From NCBI GenBank assembly GCA_964508365.1, contig CAZDTP010000007.1, positions 32,001 to 96,000 of the forward strand: 64,000 nucleotides of DNA, given 5' to 3'. The notes under the pieces are model-generated. The model was given only the letters and a program-made list of their open reading frames with translations, searched no databases and had not been told where the DNA came from. Of this stretch, positions 49,443 through 57,819 are shown piece by piece. A program made the translations under genes and the position numbers. The DNA comes from an uncultured archaeon (GTDB lineage: Archaea > Asgardarchaeota > Lokiarchaeia > Sigyniarchaeales > SOKP01). Numbering within the stretch: the first letter of the stretch is position 1; each line of letters begins with the position of its first letter.

Positions 49443-50687
49443 TTACTTGGTTATATGAGCTAATTTCTCTATAGCAGTATCTATCATTTTAAGCTTAGTT
49501 GAGTATTTTTCTAGTAATTCTGCGAATTTATCAATATCGATTTCTTTGTTCTCTTTTAGTAATTTCAATTCATTAATAGTTCTTACGATCCCCGCTTTCT
49601 TATCAATTAATCTTTCTCGTTTGCTATATGGGATTTTTTGCTCCAATTTTTTCTTTTGAAACGATTTAAATCTCTTAATATTCAAATCCTTTGGCACGAA
49701 CTTTGTTAAGTATACAGTGCTTTTTGGGACAAATGGGGCTAAATTTTCTGGAATAATAATAATTGGTTCCGGGTCTTGAATTCTTTTGATCTCCTCATAA
49801 TCTAATAGATCTAAGTTCTTATCTTTCAATATATCTTTAACAATGGATAGATTTTGCTCAATACTACTTCTTTCCTCATTAGATAATTCAGACAGGCTAC
49901 TGATCATTTCACTCCATATTTCTTCCGATTTTAAAAAGTAAAAGTATGCTTTCTGTTGGAGTTTCGTAACTTTATCTTTATTGATATTAGTGATAGAAGA
50001 TTCTAACGAAGCTTGAGCTTTTAATTGGCATGCTTTACCCATATCGAAATGAAATTGAGCTCTTAATTGTTGCTTTTTTTTCTCCTCATGTTTCTTTAAA
50101 TAGAATAACCTTTTTGACAGTGAACTTAACCCCGCGTAGAGTTTAGAGGCAAAGTATGTGTTATTAGAATTTTCTTCCTTTAAAGCTGCGATACTCTGCG
50201 CAAGTATTCGCGCTTCTTCAGAGTTTAATTCTAGGTTCTCAGATGAAAGAGTTATCCCTAAATCGTGTTGATTAATAGATGCTGCACTAAAATACGCGCC
50301 CGTTTTAAAAATTTTGCTACATTCAACCATAGCTATTATAGCATCTTCCCATTCTTCATCAGCTTCAAAAATTTCTGAGATATGAGAGTAAGCTCGTGCC
50401 ATAACCCATAAATTTCGGGCGCATTCAAACATTATGTCTTTTATCTGGATTTCCCTGTTGTTCTCTAGTGGTTCTAAGAAAGTTGGAGTAATGTCTAAAT
50501 CTTTTAAGAGTTTAATTTGATCTTCATTTTGATAGTTAATATTTAAGGTTTTAGTGTATTCTAAGACAAGATTTAAATCGTCTAAATTAAAAGTTTCTTC
50601 TTCTTTATCTAACGCTTCTTCAATTTTTTTAATTTTATAATGCAGATAGCGAATTCTTTGCATTACTTCTTCCGTAAAAAAAGTCAA
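49443..50687 (-). CDS. Putative BRO1-like domain protein (ESCRT-III adaptor fold) with C-terminal helical hairpin
   Basis: FECARNLWVMARAYSHIS ~ BRO1 FEKAxVLFNxGALYSQLA; AIIAMVECSKIF ~ AxxxFQxAAGIF; LSSENL..ILAQS....K..ASKL ~ LSxExL..LAQAQE....K..IAKL. Confidence 0.6.
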   Translation of the reverse strand: MTFFTEEVMQRIRYLHYKIKKIEEALDKEEETFNLDDLNLVLEYTKTLNINYQNEDQIKLLKDLDITPTFLEPLENNREIQIKDIMFECARNLWVMARAYSHISEIFEADEEWEDAIIAMVECSKIFKTGAYFSAASINQHDLGITLSSENLELNSEEARILAQSIAALKEENSNNTYFASKLYAGLSSLSKRLFYLKKHEEKKKQQLRAQFHFDMGKACQLKAQASLESSITNINKDKVTKLQQKAYFYFLKSEEIWSEMISSLSELSNEERSSIEQNLSIVKDILKDKNLDLLDYEEIKRIQDPEPIIIIPENLAPFVPKSTVYLTKFVPKDLNIKRFKSFQKKKLEQKIPYSKRERLIDKKAGIVRTINELKLLKENKEIDIDKFAELLEKYSTKLKMIDTAIEKLAHITK

Positions 50688-50791
50688 AATTCACACTTAC
50701 AGTTTTTTGTTTAAATTTCAGTTAAATGTATTAATTCAATCTCATTTTAAAACCATTTTAAAATTATGAAAATAAGTACTTCATATTAAAA

Positions 50792-52111
50792 ATGTTCCAT
50801 CAAGACATCTTTATTTTTGAATTCGTCTCGGGAGGAGGACTTAGTCAAGCGGAAATTCCTTCTTCTTTAATCTGCGAAGGTTATGCCATGTTAAGGACAG
50901 TTATAGCGGATTTTAAGAATTTAGGTTTTCATATTACTACTCTGTTAGATTCCCGGATAGATTTTCTATCTCAATATATAAAAGCAGATGTAATAAACTT
51001 TGTTGAGCTAGAAGAAGATTATTTAAAAAAATATACCGATTGCGTAAAAGATTCTAACTATTGTTTTGTAATTGCACCCGAATTTTCAAGTATTCTCTAT
51101 AATCTTACTAAAATTGTTAAAAAGAATAAGAAGAAATTATTAAGTATAGATTTAAACGGGGTAAAGCTCGGAGCATCTAAGCTCGAAACATATCTGTTCT
51201 TTATTGCAAATGAACTAAGTACTCCAAAATCATACAGAATCCCATTAAAAGAAGGGGTTTTAGATTTAGATTTCATCTTTCAAAAATTTGATCAACTAAA
51301 TAGTCCCATCGTAATTAAACCTGATGATGGAGTAGGATCAGAATTAATTTTTTATTTTGAGAAAAAGGATGATGTTTTACTTTTTTTTGAAAATTCTTAT
51401 AAAATATTAGATACAAATAGAAAATACATACTTCAAGAATATATTGAAGGCGATCCTATGAGTGTTTCAATTATCAATGATCAACCTCTTGAAAAAACTG
51501 TCGAAAATAATCCTAAAATTCTTAGCATCAACTCTCAGAATTTACAAATAATGGACCCTACTAAGGATTCTCTATATCTCGGAGGTTTTACGCCCGTAGA
51601 TCAGTTTGAACAGTTAAAAACTCAGATAGAAGATATATTAAAGTGTGTAGATTTATCAGCTTTTAAAGGCTATTTTGGAATAGATTTTGTGAAAAAGACT
51701 GACAATTCTCTATCTTTTATCGAGATTAATCCAAGATTAACAACATCCTATGTAGGAATTCGGAATGTATTAGAATACAATCCTATGGAATTACTTCTTG
51801 ATCAAAAAAAAAAGTTACTTAAGAATTACAATTTATCTCCACATAAGTATTCAGAATTTTCTCAAATAAAGTTGAAATATGAGGGTGAGTATACAATGGG
51901 AGAGATTAATAATTTAGTAATGCCTAAATTGATAAATCTGATTCCAGAAATAATAACTCCACCAATTATTATAGAAGGAGTAAACAATAATCAGGAAGCT
52001 TGTTATTCTTGTTTTATCGCTACAAAAACTAATGACATCCAATCGTCGAAGTATCGCATTTCTCAAATTACTCAGATTTTTAGCAAGTTTGATTTTAGAA
52101 TAACTAAATAG
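50792..52111 (+). CDS. ATP-grasp ligase, MfnD (tyramine--glutamate ligase)/COG1821-like
   Basis: FEFVSGGG, EGYAML, IAPE, IKPDDGVGS, QEYIEG, GYFGIDF, IEINPRLTTSY. Confidence 0.85.
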   Translation: MFHQDIFIFEFVSGGGLSQAEIPSSLICEGYAMLRTVIADFKNLGFHITTLLDSRIDFLSQYIKADVINFVELEEDYLKKYTDCVKDSNYCFVIAPEFSSILYNLTKIVKKNKKKLLSIDLNGVKLGASKLETYLFFIANELSTPKSYRIPLKEGVLDLDFIFQKFDQLNSPIVIKPDDGVGSELIFYFEKKDDVLLFFENSYKILDTNRKYILQEYIEGDPMSVSIINDQPLEKTVENNPKILSINSQNLQIMDPTKDSLYLGGFTPVDQFEQLKTQIEDILKCVDLSAFKGYFGIDFVKKTDNSLSFIEINPRLTTSYVGIRNVLEYNPMELLLDQKKKLLKNYNLSPHKYSEFSQIKLKYEGEYTMGEINNLVMPKLINLIPEIITPPIIIEGVNNNQEACYSCFIATKTNDIQSSKYRISQITQIFSKFDFRITK

Positions 52112-52997
52112 AAATTAAGAGGAAAATTGAGAACCCACCATAATGTACTAACAATGAGACTATTAGCGAATTTTCAATTTTCAATTTTTTATTAATACTT
52201 AAATTATATGTTAATAACCACAAAGACCACATTTGAAATAAAATCATAAGTACATAGTCTAACACTCTAATATATGAATAATCTAGAGAATCCGTTGAGC
52301 TTAAAATAAACCGTAACACTAAGTAAATATCTAAAGGAAAAAAAATTATTGCAAAAGATGTGAAAAATTTCATTGTGTTCTCTTTTTTCCTATAAATGAT
52401 TCGAGATAGTCCCTCATTTATAAGAAAATAAAGAAGGATGTTACCAATAAATAAAAGGGCAAGTAGAAATTGAATAATTGCCTCAGCACTAGAAAATATC
52501 ATCAAGGGTTCGCCGAAAAATAGAAAAAAGGGGAATAAATCGTTCAAACCGCAAAAGATGGAACCAATTAAAGCAATCAGAATTGAAAATATAATTACGC
52601 CGTATTTCCTTTTGTTCTCGTAGTTGATATAAGTTTTTGGAGTAAGGAACATTAATCCTTTTAAAATGGGAGAATTGAATTCCTTTTTGCTGAATTCAGG
52701 TGTGATAATGGTATCTTTATTGTCAATCAGCGAAGTATAAGCGTGGAGTCCTAATTCCGTTAAAAAATACTTTTTATCCTCTTGCTGTTCAATCAGACTA
52801 GATAGAGTATCTAAATGGTGATAAATAGTACCCGTGCTCACATTTAACTCATTTTTAAGATAAGTAAATGAAGAAAATTTATTTTCTCCTATTATTTTAA
52901 TTATCTTTCTTCGTATTTCATGACTTAAAGCATAGTAAAAAGTAGCTTCGGCATCAGAAGAATCAATTTTTTTTTCTATTCCTTCTTTTTCTTTAAT
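52104..52997 (-). CDS. ArsR-like wHTH fused to Yip1-like 5-TM domain; N-terminus extended beyond the ORF-track start
   Basis: In-frame upstream translation FYYALSHEIRRKIIKIIGENKFSSFTYLKNELNVSTGTIYHHL..L; C-terminal SRIIYRKK..F.....FFPL and MWSLWLLTYNLS..KL (Yip1 pattern). Confidence 0.7.
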   Translation of the reverse strand: MKEKEGIEKKIDSSDAEATFYYALSHEIRRKIIKIIGENKFSSFTYLKNELNVSTGTIYHHLDTLSSLIEQQEDKKYFLTELGLHAYTSLIDNKDTIITPEFSKKEFNSPILKGLMFLTPKTYINYENKRKYGVIIFSILIALIGSIFCGLNDLFPFFLFFGEPLMIFSSAEAIIQFLLALLFIGNILLYFLINEGLSRIIYRKKENTMKFFTSFAIIFFPLDIYLVLRFILSSTDSLDYSYIRVLDYVLMILFQMWSLWLLTYNLSINKKLKIENSLIVSLLVHYGGFSIFLLISI

Positions 52998-53015
52998 TTT
53001 TAGATCCCTTCCTAA

Positions 53016-53423
53016 TTATTCATGTTTGGTTAACAATATGTTTAAAATATCGAAAAATATTAGAATCGAACCAATAATTGAAAAGTAAAATCCGATTTCT
53101 GCATAGGGGATATAAAGGAGTTCTCTGGGAATGATCTCAATAATGAATATTAAAAAAAATCCAAGTCCTATGAAATTGATTATCACAGAATTAATTTTAT
53201 ACTCTATATTATAAATAATTACTAAAGTTCCAACCAAACATATTATTCCGCAAATTAAAGGAAATAAATATAAAAAAGAATCTTCAATTGCTACACTTGT
53301 GGTCAATAGATATATAATTAATAAAGATTGTCCTGAAAACCAAGACAAAAATTGGGAAATTATCAATAATATCGAACCAACTAATCCTAGTAACCTAAAA
53401 TCTAAATATTTTTTGAAATTCAT
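53016..53423 (-). CDS. Hypothetical membrane protein (4 TM)
   Basis: Four hydrophobic segments; SQFLSWF and EIGFY motifs. Confidence 0.65.
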   Translation of the reverse strand: MNFKKYLDFRLLGLVGSILLIISQFLSWFSGQSLLIIYLLTTSVAIEDSFLYLFPLICGIICLVGTLVIIYNIEYKINSVIINFIGLGFFLIFIIEIIPRELLYIPYAEIGFYFSIIGSILIFFDILNILLTKHE

Positions 53424-53545
53424 TATTTTCCCGACACAAGAATTTTTTATTTATATAAACATTCAAATAGTATAAACTAAAATAGTAATATTAATTTAAG
53501 TCTTAAAACACGAGTCTTAAATATACAAACTTTTTACCAACTAAT

Positions 53546-54940
53546 ATGCCGACTGAAGAAGAAATGGAAGATGATCTAGATTCAATTCCCTTATTTGACT
53601 ATTTAAAAAAAGCGATACCCGTCGAGGAACTTAGGGATTTCTCTTCCTCAAGACGCATTGGAAGTATAGATTTTGTAAAAGGGGTTGCAATAGTTTTTAT
53701 AATAGCGGCGCATACAGCTGGGGCGTGGCTTGTTCGTTACTGGAAGTTTTTTTACGGGATTGGTTTTGCCTTTCTAGACATATTTGGCCCCTCTCTATTC
53801 GTCTTTCTATCCGCTTTAAGCGTTGTTTTCAGTATTCGCCGCAAAAAGGGAGAAATAAAAGAGAAGATTATAAGGAATAGAATTTTTTCTCGGGGTATTA
53901 TGATTATAGTTATAGCGGTTATTTTTAATTTAGTCTCTATAGAATTTACTATCGAAGGTTACTCTTTTCCCGCAACCTTATGGGGTTGGAACATATTGAT
54001 GTTTATTGGTTTATCGCAAATATTTTCTTATTACGCATTGAAACTTAGTAAAATTGCTCGCGCTATTATTGGTATGTTTATTATCTTTACATCTGACGCA
54101 ATTCGGCAATACCTCTTTCAAGGTAAGGAAGCAGGAGACATCTTAAGCTCTATATTACATTATATTATCACTTCTCCTTCTCCTATGACTCCGTTATTAC
54201 CTTGGATTTCGATCTGTTTCTTATCTTCAATTTTTGGTGAATATTTATACGAAGCAATGATTAGTGGAACGAAAAAAGATTATAAAAAATTATTTCGAAC
54301 ATTTTTATACTGGGGTTTATTTTTCGTCCTCGTAGGTATATTTCTAGGAAGAAATTCATATATACCAGGGGATGAGTTTATTATTGCTACGGATTTTACG
54401 ATTGGTACGCTACCTTCAAGTGAATACCCTCACATACTTCTTTTATTTGACATGAGAACGCAAATGATTATACCTGAGATTACGTATCCAGGGATGTGGG
54501 AATTTTTGATAAGGGGAAGAGCTCCCAACATGATATATAATCTGGGTGCTGCTCTTGTGCTCATTGCATTATGTTTCTACGTCTTAGATATTAAAAGGAA
54601 AATGAACAATTTTATATCAATGATAAATTATTACGGAAAGGTATCTTTAAGCTTGTTTTTGCTACATTTTGTTTTCATAACGATATTTTTAAATTCATTA
54701 GATTTAATTCCTTACCTCATTATAATTTTCGGTTATCTTGGGTTTTGGGGTTTCACAATGTATATTTGGAACGAGTTCTACAATGGTGTAGGATCGCCGG
54801 AATGGCTTATGGTTCAGATTGGGCGAATCGGACAAAAAACTGGAAAAACAGTCAAGAAAGAGATACTTCAAATCGAAGAAGAAATAAAAGGAACGGTTCA
54901 AAAAATAAAAAAAGACCATGACGAAGGGTCAAAGAAATAA
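53546..54940 (+). CDS. DUF1624/HGSNAT-like transmembrane acyltransferase, paralog 1
   Basis: RIGSIDFVKG.AI....AH, GPSLFVFLS, WNILMFIG, PLLPW, YGKVSLSLFL.H. Confidence 0.75.
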   Translation: MPTEEEMEDDLDSIPLFDYLKKAIPVEELRDFSSSRRIGSIDFVKGVAIVFIIAAHTAGAWLVRYWKFFYGIGFAFLDIFGPSLFVFLSALSVVFSIRRKKGEIKEKIIRNRIFSRGIMIIVIAVIFNLVSIEFTIEGYSFPATLWGWNILMFIGLSQIFSYYALKLSKIARAIIGMFIIFTSDAIRQYLFQGKEAGDILSSILHYIITSPSPMTPLLPWISICFLSSIFGEYLYEAMISGTKKDYKKLFRTFLYWGLFFVLVGIFLGRNSYIPGDEFIIATDFTIGTLPSSEYPHILLLFDMRTQMIIPEITYPGMWEFLIRGRAPNMIYNLGAALVLIALCFYVLDIKRKMNNFISMINYYGKVSLSLFLLHFVFITIFLNSLDLIPYLIIIFGYLGFWGFTMYIWNEFYNGVGSPEWLMVQIGRIGQKTGKTVKKEILQIEEEIKGTVQKIKKDHDEGSKK

Positions 54941-55114
54941 ATCTCAATTTAAATTTCGATTTCTAAACAAAATTATTTAGAAATTTCAAGTTCATGCCTT
55001 TTTTTTAACTTATATAATAAAGTTTAAATTTTCATAAGATGAGAATACCTTATAATTTTGTAGTTATTGATTTACAAATAAAATTCAAATTATCAACATG
55101 TCGATGAGCGAAAA

Positions 55115-56383
55115 ATGTCAATTGAAAATGAATTTAAAACAGCAACCGAATCCCCTCATCTCTTTAACTATTTGCAAGAACTAATTCGTTTAGAAGATAT
55201 CCGAGATTTTGCTTCTCCAAAGCGTATCGGAAGCATTGATTTTGTAAAAGGTTTTGCAATAGTTTTTATTATGTTAGCACATTCAGCTGCCATTTGGTTA
55301 AACAGTGAAAATTACTATCTCTATGGAATGCTATTTGCATTACTAGATTTTCTTGGGCCGTCTTTGTTTGTTTTTTTGTCTTCTTTAAGCGTGATATTCA
55401 GCATTAAAAATAAACAAAATTCTCTTCCTCCTAAAGTTATTCGGATGAGAATTTTCTCAAGGGGAATCATAATTATTTTAATAGCAACGATTTATAACAT
55501 CACATCTCTAATTATAGAAGCCCCCGAAATTCCCTTCCCTCTCAATTTATGGGGTTGGAATATTTTAATGTTCATTGGCTTTTCCCAGATTTTTTCTTAT
55601 TACGCTTTAAAAATTCCAAAATTATATCGCGGGATTCTTGGCATTTTAATCGTTCTTTTTTCAAATCCAATTAGAGATTTAACTTTTGTGCCTGGATTGG
55701 AAGGTGGTAATTTGGTAGTAATTACAATTCATTATATCGTAATTGGTCCTAATCCTATGGTACCCCTTCTTCCTGGACTCGCTATCTGTTTTATTTCTAC
55801 TATTTTTGGAGAGTATTTATACGAAGCGATGAATAAAGGAACGCACGACGCTTATGTGGGATTGTTTCGCATTTTCATGGTTTGGAGTATAATCCTAATA
55901 TTAGTTGGTATAAGTCTCGGATTTCAATCGTTTACTCGTTATACAATCTTAGGTGGCGTCTCAGAATATCCTAATATTGCATTATTAGACATAGCAAATG
56001 GTCAAAAATTCTTTGTAATACCGGGGATGCCAGAATTTTTAATAAGAGGTAGAGGCCCCAATATGTTATATAATTTGGGAGCAGCGTTGCTAGTGATTTC
56101 TATTAGCTTTTACTTTATTGATATTAAGAAAAAATATGGCAATTTTGTTAAAATGCTAGTATACTACGGCAAGGTATCTTTAAGTTTATTTTTCGTTCAT
56201 CAAATATTTCTCGGTTTGTTCAGTAGTCAATTTGGCATTATACTTTTTCTTATCACGGATTTAACCTATGTAGGTTTAATGGGATTTTGCATGTACATTT
56301 GGATGGAGTATGCAAATGGGGTTGGATCGCCAGAGTGGCTTATGGTAGCTATGGCAAGTTTGGGTAAAAAGAAGCGTAAATAA
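55115..56383 (+). CDS. DUF1624/HGSNAT-like transmembrane acyltransferase, paralog 2
   Basis: Same motif series as 53546..54940 (IGSIDFVKG, GPSLFVFLS, LWGWNILMFIG, EFLIRGRxPNM, GVGSPEWLMV). Confidence 0.75.
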   Translation: MSIENEFKTATESPHLFNYLQELIRLEDIRDFASPKRIGSIDFVKGFAIVFIMLAHSAAIWLNSENYYLYGMLFALLDFLGPSLFVFLSSLSVIFSIKNKQNSLPPKVIRMRIFSRGIIIILIATIYNITSLIIEAPEIPFPLNLWGWNILMFIGFSQIFSYYALKIPKLYRGILGILIVLFSNPIRDLTFVPGLEGGNLVVITIHYIVIGPNPMVPLLPGLAICFISTIFGEYLYEAMNKGTHDAYVGLFRIFMVWSIILILVGISLGFQSFTRYTILGGVSEYPNIALLDIANGQKFFVIPGMPEFLIRGRGPNMLYNLGAALLVISISFYFIDIKKKYGNFVKMLVYYGKVSLSLFFVHQIFLGLFSSQFGIILFLITDLTYVGLMGFCMYIWMEYANGVGSPEWLMVAMASLGKKKRK

Positions 56384-56603
56384 GGGAGCTATAATGATTA
56401 TTACTCTTTATATTTCCTATTTTTTATTCCTCTTTAAAATGCGTATGTGCATTAATTTTAGCATTAAGTAAATTATATATAGTAAAAGTAACAAATTATA
56501 AATAGGAAATATAGTAAAAGTAATCAAACATAAATTGTAATATTTCTCCTTGTTTAGGTTGATAAGTAAGCATTCCACAACCAAAACATAGAACACGCTA
56601 TAG

Positions 56604-57131
56604 GTGAAACCTTTGAGTAATACGTCATATAAATTTAAGGTCTGCTTATTCGGCCCTGGAAATGTTGGAAAAACAAGTTTGCTAATTAGATACATTAAAG
56701 ATTACTTTACTACTGATTTGAAACAAACCATAGGCTCTAACTTTTTGATAAAAGACATAGAAATCGACCAAAAAGAGGTAAGACTCTTACTTTGGGATAT
56801 AGGTGGACAAGATCAGTTCGCTAAATTGCGTACTATATATTTTAAGGGAAGTAATGCAGCATTTGGCGTATTTGATTTAACTAGTCCTCAATCTCTTTTA
56901 AAACTTCCTGGTTGGGTCAGTAGTATAAAAAAGACGGTGAAAAAATCTATCCCAATGATCATTGTTGGGAATAAGATCGATTTAAAACGCCAAGTTGGGA
57001 GACAGGAAGCAGAAGATTTAGCAAAAAGATTAAATTGTGATTATTTAGAGACATCCGCAAAAACAGGTGAAAAAGTTGAGATTGCATTTGAAAAGATTGC
57101 TCGAGCTTGTCTGAGCTCAGTTGAAGAATAA
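56604..57131 (+). CDS. Rab-like small GTPase; likely start TTG 56613 after GGTGA SD
   Basis: G1 GPGNVGKT, G2 TIGSNF, G3 WDIGGQ, G4 NKID, G5 ETSAK; no CAAX/CC tail. Confidence 0.93.
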   Translation: MKPLSNTSYKFKVCLFGPGNVGKTSLLIRYIKDYFTTDLKQTIGSNFLIKDIEIDQKEVRLLLWDIGGQDQFAKLRTIYFKGSNAAFGVFDLTSPQSLLKLPGWVSSIKKTVKKSIPMIIVGNKIDLKRQVGRQEAEDLAKRLNCDYLETSAKTGEKVEIAFEKIARACLSSVEE

Positions 57132-57161
57132 TCTTATATGAATATCTCTTTAATTAAGTAA

Positions 57162-57800
57162 TTAGCTTATTTTTATGTTGTATTTTAGAATTTCCTCAAC
57201 CAAATTATCTAATCCCATGTATCTTATCGAATTTATACCCATATCACTAGCTGATCGGACGTTGTTTAAACCGTCGTCGATAAATAAAATTTCTTTTGGT
57301 TTGCATCCGGCTATTTTTATGGCTAGTTCAAAAACTTTCGGATCTGGTTTTGTGAGATGAATTTCATGAGAAAGTAAAAATTCATCAAAAATTTCCCAGA
57401 TATCCCACTTTTGTTTCTTCAAGTAGTTCCAATGGCTTGAGTTAATATTTGACATGCAGATAAGTTTAAAGCGGTTTAAAAGTTTAATCCGTTTTATCAA
57501 ATCGACCATTTCTAAATTAAGTTTATCAATGATGCTGTTAAATGAATCGAAAAATTGAGTTTGGTCGAGAGCACAAGCTCCTAGTACTTCACACGATTGT
57601 TTATAAAATTCTTCATCGGTTATTTTACCTTGATGATATATGTCTGATTGGCGAAAAAATTCTAACATTATTGGAGTTTGAGGTTTATTCAACGGAGATG
57701 TTGTAATAACATCTTTGAAAAACCTACTAAAATCCAAATCGATTATAACATCTCCTAAATCAATAATTATACATTTTATCGTCATTATAATCATCTGCAA
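57162..57800 (-). CDS. HAD-superfamily hydrolase (subfamily IA)
   Basis: IDLGDV motif I, SN motif II, KPDP motif III, FIDD motif IV. Confidence 0.9.
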   Translation of the reverse strand: MQMIIMTIKCIIIDLGDVIIDLDFSRFFKDVITTSPLNKPQTPIMLEFFRQSDIYHQGKITDEEFYKQSCEVLGACALDQTQFFDSFNSIIDKLNLEMVDLIKRIKLLNRFKLICMSNINSSHWNYLKKQKWDIWEIFDEFLLSHEIHLTKPDPKVFELAIKIAGCKPKEILFIDDGLNNVRSASDMGINSIRYMGLDNLVEEILKYNIKIS

Positions 57801-57819
57801 TCTTAATGTATATATAACT

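Noticed and set aside
53016-53018. TAA read-through fusing the 4-TM protein to the wHTH-Yip1 protein
   Set aside because: Same frame, but UAA read-through is rare and an SD-like GGAAGG right after the stop favours independent initiation
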